The notes under the pieces are model-generated. The model saw only the letters and a list, made by a program, of their open reading frames with translations. It was not told the DNA's origin and did not search any database. A program made the position numbers and the translations under genes. Source: an uncultured virus (IMG/VR IMGVR_UViG_3300007346_007557) (lineage: Duplodnaviria > Heunggongvirae > Uroviricota > Caudoviricetes). Taken from it: 64,000 nucleotides of DNA. This document shows, in pieces, positions 31,901-41,400 of the stretch. Within the stretch, counting starts at the first letter, position 1; every line of letters starts with the position of its first letter. The DNA lies in IMG/VR virus record IMGVR_UViG_3300007346_007557; one strand, written 5' to 3'.

Positions 31901-32296
31901 AGACTGAGTGAAAATACAGCAACAATTACAACAAGTTTACAAGTTAATCAAAACTTAACCGTAACAGGATTGTTAGACGCAGCAAGTATTACAGCAAGTA
32001 TATATTCAGATGATAGTACTGAAATGCTTGATGCAATTAACAATAGACTTATTGTAACTACAGGTCAAATTGGTGAACTAACACTTACAACAGATCTTGA
32101 AGTACAATACGGTGGTACTGGTGTAAGCACATTTACAACAAATGGTATACTTTATGGTAACACAGCAGATCCAGTACAAGTTACAGATGCAGCAGGTACA
32201 AGTGATGCAAGCGAATCGTTCCAAATACTTACCGTAACAAGTGATGTTGATGCAACACCAGTTTGGACAGATACTATCGACGGTGGTAGCTTTTAA
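22907..32296 (+). CDS. Giant fibre/structural protein 1 (3129 aa): beta-helix-like N-domain, 12 helical CxRD-type repeats, beta-rich fibre C-terminus
   Basis: FYVTKDGSDDNDG...ATIKKA start of a pectin-lyase-like region; repeats YxxxKCxRD; GALVVxGGVGI fibre motifs; ends IDGGSF. Confidence 0.75.
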   Translation: MSFIKKQSLHKRKVGDKSFILTADGNIEMNLAAGKTFTVDADFIATGDVSGPKTENVFYVTKDGSDDNDGRSSDGKGAFATIKKAAEVAPSGSTIIVAPGDYFEENPITLKDFVTITGQGELRNTRLFPKNNTSDFFYMGNGCYLYQLTFRALRAPGWCVKIRPGALVTTSPYVQNCTNMNGPWLNDGTEFIPFETVQIEGIEPGARPLTLADNPSLPFDKQVNLTGGGGGMFVDGDEYDPASLVFSFVADAFTQIAQGGPGFEVTNFGYTQIVSCFSVFCSTGFKTTKGGYLSISNSVSDFGTFGCVADGFYPIAYTQAVPTEDYFSTVGSITINQPGVGYTSNPTITIESPDGAGGVTATATGQVDLTTGQLAAITITNNGSGYTSVPTVTITGGGATIQAEGTVNLTTNSVISLASLRDKPQTGSIIKFDDDDTYYYITANSITKTPFNYNEETCKRDVRRIVDAVTGDIVLGTYYQTTAAATSYLRSTSTKVILDQLEPTIYAIEAARDQMKARTTNLAMKEEIDQRFNIITTTLAAGDSTETEFVGSDFVNALNDINSIDNEIIEAKNNILANRDFIIEELTAYINDQFTELSYNQTKYTSEMSEFITSMAYYVGFNGSDHKVLRAAREWSNSRARFNDMMISSFRYLQQRFLALSEVQASAVAVTNVNEAFEQLANIIDEGDSAGITTEFPAAVGTNQNEIDARDQLIANMDFLKAEFIAYLDSINSTISYTQSKFEQDVENAVNSVIYDIMYGGNTATKKEADYYFNSETWSSNYTQVERQAIIDSWARTRFAMQRIVRGLSITPTTGNAQTQDFTSGTATQIEANIADSLIQYYETVLTDLALTNLPLDVLPLYDDESVLQQAAANTILAQRDNFIEDAIAYNLANNPTLTYDVSKCKRDVEYIIDAIYSDAQLGTNHRSITAGLAYQRANVAYLNTEQKPATIIAMREAKRLLVAAANGNSTFQTDVSNLFDVVLDIIEFNQLPSEGTVYPEPGPASTELINSTNQLIANKDFLVAEVIAKIAVDNFVYDQAKCERDTGIILDGVYYDAAFGTNYNAVTSGLAYQRGNSAKVISDQITETVGALTFAKGEAATALVSNTTAVSRSNAAFDEIIDIIQNGAEGTDQAADPLTFPNPTSATAAQIAAKEQLQNNRDFLAAEAVSYIQNNYQNFTYNSEKCERDVGLIMDAVALDVVLGTNFNAVTAGLAYQRASNDYLQDNQKIQTLSALRQLKKEIVEIGLSDDAEPLAEAAMDEVIDILENGVISTDTAADALVFPAPSSLPTANAVEAKDQLVANKEFIKDEIIAWIGVNYPALTYDAVKCERDVGYIIDALCHDILYGGNSATKIAAESYFVGAASQLGSGQQAATVAAYQRLKDVVGDVVMELSVVKSAGNALNQDTSGTPASSTEADDVEGLVQIIEDVIAAGNISGLPATQYPSLTWAANDLQEAYSQIKGNKEFVQERILIHIANNFQSFDYDEVKCRRDVGIMIEAVAYDAAIGTNYNSVTAGLAYQRANSSYVLSGQNLQTVLAIRYLRDQIAANGTLQSSFRSATTAGFNEIIDIIENGVVSTDTAADALVFPDPGIDANQVNAKDRMIANKEYAAKETSAFVTNNYPAVVFDSTKCERDVKYIIDALCYDIMYGGNLATKQAAESYFVGAASQLGAGQATATVAAYNELANLLSDIVQNIAHASNEQVVVTQDTSGSASDAGTGGEIQDLLQIIEDVIAAGNITNIPADSNTDITWTSVLNQDNFTSLVATTSDYQNLVINYIERTFTRTFTFNATKCNRDTKYIVDALTYDIIYGGNAATLDAARSYYVGTTSQVTGQQQETANALGWIKTLLGDVLLDVAVADPEQTAETQDVTAGAASATEVTRAETLLQIIQDVITDGLDQLPTETFPSTGWISAGIQTAIDNLVSEKTTIVNDTISYIETTYNGFSYDIDKCSRDTGYIIDAVTHDLLYQGNIATLIATRAYFLGTANYLPDEQKDITVAAYEHLAQVAADCIEGTAVTPSVGNTEPQVLGGAYGTSTESGQAVLLFRIPKNAIDNGTLVGTPAEIQPDFAWLPATIKSAATDMLAQKVNIQNGVISYITDNLIDFEYNIVKCKRDTGYIIEALIYDLMYGGNKQTRRAAQAYYNGAILGAAKVGNADQVLVTAYSYYYLGDILAKVAKNETVTKSYNNTEVQVITTPDSDDTTATRIELLIDRIALSVLEGYTTGWQENNHNYELGSGAYLTERNTILADLESIVTTTIDDLNAEYGGEATITIFPGVISVTQDKKANLYNVSTISTSGHAFEYVGAGVDYNALPFFGGTAISENEIVQLNQGKVFAGGTVDQIGNFRVGDLFAVNALTGAIDLNANQISLEGLTSVGPFIRNGIPVGVELKEVSDNTNLLASTGTQDFQTAPTQRAVGIYVENRYLNKLTGGTVTGNIVLNGDFDVNGDVISTDTSGTFNLLNTSATTIEAFGDATTINMGAPTGTFTINPDLVVEGDLTVNGDIVLTGDYSLNIPDESLQAYSISTEGSLDYVSINTRTDEEKITFGERPQVEIQNLIESTSTTTGALVVDGGVGIAKSLYVGIDFTANGNVILGDDRAVDTLDINATTDIDVPDNATDVFRIHENINDYISINTTDNSEVVEFGATPNVIILNADDATDNVTGALQVTGGISTQVNVHAGQDIVADRDIIADRDIEVNGTNIITDETGTFNVFNTNATTINAFGDATAINIGADTGTLTVANEITIFDSVEAIQIPVGTDLERPTEATGQIRFNTDSTSFEGYDGTAWGSLGGVRDVDQDTFIRPESTPGADEDTITFHTNDVQRMSLGNTLLNIDATVKVTIDSTEVSSNYNTGALVVAGGVGIAKDLYVQGFISGNNSGVLQLTDLASDKILIKADTIESPESIKWISNAPDSAADDIVYPISLAHHSVSGSPAVGSGTGLRFELETSNSNYEIGGQIDSIVQDITGNQEDFDMVFSTMNSGSVTEKFRLSENTATITTSLQVNQNLTVTGLLDAASITASIYSDDSTEMLDAINNRLIVTTGQIGELTLTTDLEVQYGGTGVSTFTTNGILYGNTADPVQVTDAAGTSDASESFQILTVTSDVDATPVWTDTIDGGSF

Positions 32297-32313
32297 TTAA
32301 GCTACTACTTTTT
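32283..32313 (+). terminator. Terminator-like hairpin overlapping the stop of fibre gene 1
   Basis: GTGGTAGCTT / AAGCTACTAC stem followed by TTTTT. Confidence 0.6.
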
Positions 32314-32405
32314 CTCCTATGATAAATAACATTACAGCGATTTCTATCGTGTAGTTTTGGGCGTCTATATAGACCTGACCCGTACCTAAATAGGAGGCAT
32401 GCCGA

Positions 32406-35400
32406 ATGGCAACAACAATTAGACACAAGCGAAGTGCGGTCGCGGGTAAGCAACCGTTAGTTTCTCAATTAGAATCAGGCGAATTAGCAATTAATACAGC
32501 AGATGGTAAAGTATACCTATTGCGTGATGATAATACCGTACAAGATATTACTAAAAGAATTTTTGAAGGTAACTCAGAAGTAAAAGTTGATGACCTTGGC
32601 GATAGTACGGTAGCTCAAATTAGTGCTACGGTTAATGGTAATGAAGCATTAACAATCACTAATGCAGGATTTAATTTTAAAAATAATATAGATATTGAAA
32701 ATGCAGGTACCTTAACTTTTAGAGAACTTACAGCTTCAGGTGAAGACGGTGTAACTTTACAGCCTCCAAGTACACTAGACGCAGGTTATACTTTAACATT
32801 GCCACCTAACAAAGGTTCAGTAGGACAAATTTTAGCAGTTAATGCTAGTGGAGAATTGTTTTTTAATGACGCAGATATTTTTGGCGGAAACGTTCTCTAT
32901 GTTTCGCAAGAGCAAGGTGACGATGAAAACGATGGACAAAGTGCTCCAGTTAAAACGGTTAAACGTGCATGTCAAATTGCCTCAGGACTAGTTTATAATT
33001 CAGATGGTAGTATCAACTTCCGTAGAATCAACATCAAAGTTGCGGTTGGCGATTATACTGAACAAAACCCAATCATTGTTCCTGATAACACGGTTATTAA
33101 AGGTGATGGTTTGCGTGGTTGTATTATTCGCCCTGCAAACGCTAACTTAGATATTCTACGTGTCAGAAACGCTTGTTACTTTGGTGAATTTACTTTCCGT
33201 GATGGTGTCGACGATAACTTCGTGCCATTGATTACAGGTGATTATTGTGTTGCATTTGATGATCCGGATGCAGTAGATGTGACAGATAGAAATACCTATC
33301 CAAACTTACCTAATACTAAACCAACTATTACAACATCACCATATATTCAAAACTGCTCTATTCTTTCTTTCCTTGGGTTAAATGGTGCTAAGATCGATGG
33401 TAGTAAAGTTGAATCTCCTAACGTTCCTGTTAACCAAATTGAAGCAGAAAATCCAGTTGTTGGCGCAATACCTGAACAAGGTAAATCGATGGTTGCCAAC
33501 GCATTTACCATGCTTTCGTTTGGTGGTACTGGGTGGCGACTAACTAACGATGCTTATGCACAGATCGTTTCGTGTTTCCAAATTTTCTTGCTTAACGGTG
33601 TGTATACACAATCAGGTGGTTATTGTTCAATTACTAACTCTGCTACAAACTTTGGTTTGTATGCTCTACGTTCAAGTGGTTATTCTCCAAAAGCATTCTC
33701 TTTTGACCGTTCGTTTGTAACTCAAACTGGTTCTAGTGAAGGTAAACAAACGGTTAGTGTTGTTGGTATTAATAGAGATGCTCCTGTTGAAGAATTTATT
33801 TTACGTTTTAGAGATCCAGATTATAAAACTGCTCATGATTTACTTCTTTCAAATAAACTATCTATTGCAGAAGATACGGTAACATGGATTAATGCACAAA
33901 TTGCAGCTTCATCACCTAGTATATGGGCTGGATTTACATATAATGAAGACAAGTGTCGTAGAGATACTAGACTATTAGTTGATTCTATTAGATATGATAT
34001 TATTTTTAATAGCAATTATAGAACAATCAGTTCTGCACTTCGTTATTTTAGTGGAAGTTTTACAAATTTTGCAGACCAAAAAGATCAACATATTGCAGCG
34101 TTTGCACAAGCAAAAGCATACACAGCAAATATATTAAATGATGCAACTGCAACAAGTAGATCAAATGCACTTTGGGATGAAATTATTGACATTTTAACAA
34201 ATGGTGATGCAAATACCGTTCCAGGCGATGCTGTTGCTGATGCTTATAGTTTTCCTGATCCGACTAACTATAACACATCTTACCTAGTAGGATATGGTGA
34301 TGCAAGAGATCAACTGCAAGCAAACAAACAATTTATTATTGATGAAATAACAGCTTGGATCGCTGTTCAAGTTGCTGCTGAAACTCCTCCTTTTGCTGGT
34401 TCATTTACATATGACGCAGCAAAATGTGAAAGAGACGTAGGATTAATTATAGACGCATTAATTTATGATATTACATATGGCGGCAACTTACAAACAAAAC
34501 GTGCAGCAGAAGCATACTTTGTTGGCACAACTGCACAATACGGAGCAAACCAAAAAGAAGAAACTATTGCAGCTTACGAAAGACTTAGAGACGTAATAGC
34601 TGATGTTATTTTAGAAGTAGCAGTTACTAAATCAACAGGTAATGCTCAAACACAAGATACAAGTAATACAGCAGGTAGTGCAGCAAGTAAAACATTTGCA
34701 GTGGCTAGAATTCAAGAAATTATTGATTTTATTGATGGTGGTGGTGTAAACGAAGTAACAACTATCGAGCCAGGCACAGATTGGGTTTCAGGTAATAATG
34801 AATTTGAAGCATATAATAGACTTAACAACGAGGGTGCTGTTAATATTGCTCAAAATACAACTGAATGGATCAATGAACAAATTCAAGCCAATATTTGGTA
34901 TGGATTTACATACGATCAATCTAAGTGTCAACGTGATACACAATTGATTGTTGAAGCTGTTGCAAAAGATACTTGGGATACTGGTAACAGATATTCACGT
35001 AGTGCTGGCCTATCTTATTATACACAAAACTTACAAGACTCGACTAGAATAAGCATTAGTGGACAAGAATTACAAACAATTGCAGCTATTGATCAAGCAG
35101 CAGTATATGCTAACACGTACATTACTAGTACAAGTATTGCTGTACAAGATTTTGTTAATACTAGATTTGGAATTGTTACAACGGTTATTAATGATCCAAA
35201 TGATTTACCACAACCAACTGAAGTAAGTAGTGAAGGTGATATTACAAACTCTTACAAAACAACACCAACAGAAACAACGTTTAATGCTGCTACAAACGTA
35301 AACGCTGATACAAATATTTTTACTATTACTAGTCATGGATTTACTAATGGACAAAAATTAATTTATGATTCTGATGGTAATACTCCTATTGTTGGACTTG

Positions 35401-38400
35401 ATAACGAACAAACATATTATGTTAAAATTTTAGATGCAAACGAGTTTACTCTTACGTTTGACGAATCAGGAGATTTTGATGTTGATATTAGAGCAGTAGG
35501 TGCAAATACTCACAAGTTCTTCTCAAATGTTATTGAATTTTTTGTTGAAGAAGTTTTAAGTTCACATCAAACATATCAAACACTTATATTAGAATCGGGC
35601 GCAGAAAGTTATAACTTTGTTCCAGGTAGACAAATTTCAGGTACTACAGGTGCTAACAACAATAGTGCTCTTGTTTATGAATGGGAACCAAGAGATCGCA
35701 GACTTGTTGTAAGTGTTGAAGAAGTAAGTGTTGGTGCGTCTACATTACGAGTTCAATTTGACGAAACAAGTATTATTAATAGTGACCATTCACCAAGTCC
35801 TAACAACACAATTTCAATTAACGAAGTTGCTGCTAAAACTGGTTTAGGTACAGCAACATTTAGTATTACAGCTACAGATGGTAGTGCAAGTTTAACTAAT
35901 CTAGTTAACTTGCCAGAAAAACAATGTTGGTTCCATAGACCAAGTATTGTTAACTCATCATCGCATACTTGGGAATATGCAGGTTCGGGTACAGACTATA
36001 ACGCTCTACCACAGAACGGTGGTAATACAAAAGAAGAATTTGAACAATTCGAAGAACTGCCAGGGCGTGTGTACTCATCAGGTACAAACGAACTTGGTGA
36101 CTTTAAAGTTGGTGACTTTATTACAGCGTTCAACAGAACTGGTAACATTACATTTAGAAACAAAGTTCAGGTGGATGAACTTGATGCTTTGAGACTGAGC
36201 TTGTCAGATGTTGCTATTGAAGAAATCTCAACAAGTGTTAACTTAGGTGACGACGAACTTGGTGGCCCGAGTGATTCACGCATGGTTACTCAGCTTGCTG
36301 TTAGATCGTTTATTTCCAACAGACTAGGTGGCTTTGTTGATAAGTCAGTTTCAACTGCGGCTGTTCCTGGTGCTATTGTTCAATTGAATACAAACGGTCA
36401 GCTTAATCCTGACTTGATTCCAGCAACACGTCAGTTTACAAACACAAACTCAAATGGTTATTTAAGTAGACTACTATTGATTAACACTATTCCTGCAACA
36501 GACTTAAAAGCTGGTGATATTGGTACTGAAAATTATGAACAAGTTGAATTAATTCTTAGTGGAAACATCACAGCAGCTGATGGTGCCACAATCACACAAC
36601 CTGGTGTTGACGGTGCAATTGGTTATGCTAAAGGTTCGTATAGTGCTAGTGGAAACATTCTTGTTGCAACAATCGGCGAAGCATGGGATGCCAACGAAGA
36701 TAGTACAGGCGATCCATGGGAAGTAAGCGCAGGAAACTTATTTGTGAATGGCGTAGACAGCGGTGTAAATATAAGTTCAAAAGGCGTTAGTAGTGAAATT
36801 ATTGACAATTTCTTCTTACGTAGTAGTAATTCAAGTCAGTATCTAGTATTAGATGTAGACGACACATATAACTTTACTACAGGAGTTACTATCAGTAACT
36901 TGGCAAGAACTAGTAATGTTGTTACCGTAACAACTAGCACTGCTCATGGATTTAAAATTGGAAACGTGGCTAGAGTTTATACTAGCGACGACGAAACATT
37001 CATACAAAACGGAGAAGTTTTAACCGTTCCTACTAGTACTTCATTTACAATTGCAAATACAGGTATAGATGTTAGTAGTTTTGCAGTTACAGATGGAAAG
37101 GTTTACACAATTGTTACATCTGCTGATGGAAATGCTCAAGGTGCTGTTACAGAATCTAGATTTGGCGTATTAACTAATATTGATAATACAAGCATCACAG
37201 CTGGTAGTGGTTATCTACCATCTGGAGGTACTCTAGTGTACAAAGATGTTCCTTTGACTGCAAACACAGGCGTAGGAACTGGTGCTACAGCTGATATTAC
37301 GGTTACAGCAGGAGCTGTTACAGATGTTGATATTGCAACTGGTGGTAGTGGATATGCAGTAGGAGATTTATTAAGTGCAAATAATTCTAATTTAGGAGGC
37401 GCAGGCTCTGGCTTCGAATGTGAAGTTGTAAGTGTAGAAAAACGTGCATATGTTGATATTTTAGGAGGTGAATTATTTGTTGCTAGTGCATCAAGTATTG
37501 ACTTTGTTGAAGATAATGATAGTGTTGACACAAAGAAAACTATTAACCTAGATGATACAAGAGGATTTAATTTCTTAGCAGGTACTACAGGCGGCGGCGG
37601 TGCTGTTGACTATATTGATTACAGAATTAATATTCCAAATCATGGATTTACAAGCGGTGATCCTTTAAAATATGATACATTAGGCAATGTTGCAATTGGT
37701 GGGTTGTTGAATGGAAATGTATATTATGCAAAAAGTATCGACGCAAATAATATAGAATTATACGAAGGATTTTCTCTTTTAAACAAAGTTGAATTTACTA
37801 GTACACCTGCAAACAACAACCATAATTTGACTAGATATGTAGTTAATGTTGTTGATAATAGTATTTTAGTTGAAGGACATGGATTAACAACAGGCGATGC
37901 TATCAGAATTGAAAGTTTAGACGACGGTTCTAGTGCAAATGTTCTTCCTGATATCACAGGAGACGCAATTACTAGTGGTAGTAGATTCTTTGTAGGATCT
38001 GTAACAACTAATTCATTTACTTTGCACGAACTTAGAAGTGATGCATTGAGCAGTATTAATGACCTAGTAACAAACGCTAAAGATATCGACGATGTAGGTG
38101 TAGGTAGTGCAGATATTATTGCAAACAACGTTAGTGTACAGGCAGTTGTAAACACATCGAGTAAAACAAAAGATAACTGGAGTACACTTGCTGTCACAAA
38201 CATTGATGCAGAAAATATTATTTCAGGTACTATTTCTCCATCACGCTTAGGTGCAAGTGGTACACCAAACAGCGATACAGCATTATTTGGTGATAGTGGA
38301 TACAAGGTTGTTGTGCAAACACTGAAAAAAGCAACAACAACAGACAATCCAATTACACTTACAGGCTCAAGTATAGGTGCAGAATTCTATGGTGATCCTG

Positions 38401-41400
38401 TAAACATTGGTATTGCAAACGTTGATTTTGATGCACTTGCAACATTCTCAAAACTAGGTACAGCAAGATTCTTACAAACACAATTTGATGTTGCAAGTGA
38501 TGGTAGCGGACAAGTGTTTATCAAAGACGGTGTAGTAGATGCTGGTACACTTGACGGACTTGATAGTAGTTATTTCTTAAACCCTGCTAACTTAACTAGC
38601 CTTGTACCAGTTACAAGAGGTGGTACTGCTATCGGTACATATGCTATAGGTGATATACTTTATGCACAATCTTCAGGTTCATTAAATACTCTAAATATAG
38701 GTAGAGCAAATAACTTCTTAAAGTCAAATGGTACTACACCAGAATGGGGTACAGCACTTGACTTGTCAGAAGGTTTGGACGTTGGATCTGCAAAACTAAG
38801 CTCAACTAGTACAGGTACAGGTAGCTTATATAATGAAAATGTAACAAGTTTAGATATTGGCGGCGCAGCAACAAATATTAAAATTGGTAGTGTTGATGTA
38901 ACTAGAAACTTGTTACCATTTATTGATGGGTACGAAGCTACTATTTCTCAAAGTGTTGTTGTTAATTTAGGAAGTTTAACTGCTAACACAAATGATCCAG
39001 TAGCCAACGGTGAAACTGAAGTTCCAATGGCAGACACAAGCTCAATACTTGTTGGTATGCTTGTTACTGGCAGTGGTAGTATTCCTGCAAATACAACGGT
39101 TAGTGGTGTTACAGATGATTACATTTACTTGAGTGCAAATACAACAGGAACTATCTTTAGTGGTACTACACTAACCTTTACTTATACACCGTTTACAATT
39201 GGTGTACGTGATGGTGATACTATCAACTTAAACGGCACAACGGTAACTAATTTAGACGGTAGCTGGCCTGTAATTGGTGCAACAAGTATTGCTACATCAT
39301 TTACAATTAGAACAACATCTAATGTGACAGCTGATCCTAATGATGTTGTACAAGGTACAGCTACTATTGATGCTAACATGGTTATTAAAACACCAAAAGT
39401 TATTATTGGTGCTGCTGAAGCAAGTACAAGTCCAACAAATGCATCACTAGAAGGTAGTGATGGTATTGGTACTGATGTTGCTGGCGGATCTATGACAATT
39501 GAAGCAGGTATCGGTACAGGTAATTCAACAGGCGCAGATATTATCTTTAAAACAGGTGAAGTTTCTACTACAAGCAATAATCCTCAAACATCAACAGAAC
39601 GTTTGAGAATTGATACTAGTGGTAAAGCAACCTTCACTGGTGAAGTAGAAGTTAACAACACTATTAGTACAACTGAAACCACGGTTGCTCTTTTAGACGA
39701 TACTGCAACTACAATTAATATGGGCGGCGCTGCAACTACCGTCGAAATTGGTGCAGCTACAGGTACAACTACAATCCATAACAATGTTGATATTGATTTA
39801 GATTTAAATGTAGATGGTAGTGATATAACAACTAATCAAACAGGTACATTTAATCTGATTAATACAAACGCTACAACACTTAACATAGGTGGTGCAGCTA
39901 CAACAATTAACATGGGTACAGGTGGTGATGGCGGTGGTACTACTACTATTGGACATGATTTAGTTGTTACAGGCGATCTTACCGTAAACGGCAATACAAC
40001 AACAATCAATAGTACAACATTGACCGTTGATGACTTGAATATCGTTATAGCAAGTGGTGCTGCAAGTGCAGCAGCAGCTAATGGTGCTGGACTAACAATT
40101 GATGGTGCAAATGTAACATTTACATATGACAGCGGTCAAGATAGAATGGATCTTAATGAAGATCTAAACTTAGAATCTGGTAACGCATTCTTTATAAATG
40201 ATCAAAGTGTGTTAAATGCCACAACACTTGGTGCAGCAGTAGTAAACTCTAGTTTACAAACTCTAGGTACAATTAGTACAGGTATATGGCAAGGTACAAT
40301 TATTTCTCCAACCTACGGTGGTACAGGAATAAACAATGGTACTAAAACTATTACTTTAGGCGGAAATTTAACAACAAGTGGTGCATTTAATAGTACATTT
40401 ACTATGACAGGTGCAACAAGTGTTACATTCCCAACAAGCGGTACACTTGCAATTACAGGTAATCCGTTAAGTCAGTTTGCGTCTACAACAAGTGCTCAAT
40501 TACGTGGAGTGTTAAGTGACGAAACAGGTACAGGTGTTGCAGTGTTTGGTACAAGTCCAACATTTACAACAGGTATTAATGCTGCAAGCACAACTATGGC
40601 ATTGTTTGATACAACAGCAACTACATTAAACTTAGCTAGAGCTGCAACATCAATTACAATAGGTGCTACAACAGGTACTACAAACATTAGACATAACTTA
40701 AATGTTACAGGCGATCTAGACATAGATGGTGGTGACTTAACATTTAGTGATGCAAGTATTAATATTGCAAACACTACACCAACTACAATTACCATGGGTA
40801 ATGCAGCAACAGCATTTACATTAGGTGCTACAACAGGTACTTTAACCGTTAGAAATGCTACTACAACACTTAATGGTAATTTGAACGTTAACGGAAACAC
40901 AATTGATACTGACGAAACAGGTACATTTAATCTTGTAAAAGATAACGTAACAACGTTAGCATTTGCACAAGCAGCAACTGAAATAGTTGTTGGCGAAACC
41001 AAAGCAGCAGCAGATCTTGCTGGTGCGCTAGGTGAAATGGTTGTTAGACTAGATTTACGAACCAATAACGACATGTACATTGATGGTGATCTATTTGTTA
41101 GCCAAATTAACAACACACCAATTGGTAACGTAACTCCGAGTACAGGTGCATTTACTACACTTGCTGCAAATAACTTTGTAACATTCACTGATGCAACAAA
41201 TGCAACAGGTGCAACATTTGCAACAGGAACAGCAGCAGTAAAAATTACAGGCGGGTTGTACGTTGCAAAAGATATACGTGCAGATAATTTTATTGGTGAT
41301 ATGGATGCTAGTTACTTAACAAGTGGTATAATTCCAGATGCACGTATTCAATCAAGTGGTGTTACACAGCACCAATTGGATATCACAGGTACTGGTGCGC

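Noticed and set aside
22907..35200. Concluding that the host is a cyanobacterium from the phycobiliprotein-like repeats
   Set aside because: No photosynthesis or bilin-synthesis genes are in this window; the host cannot be assigned from these data
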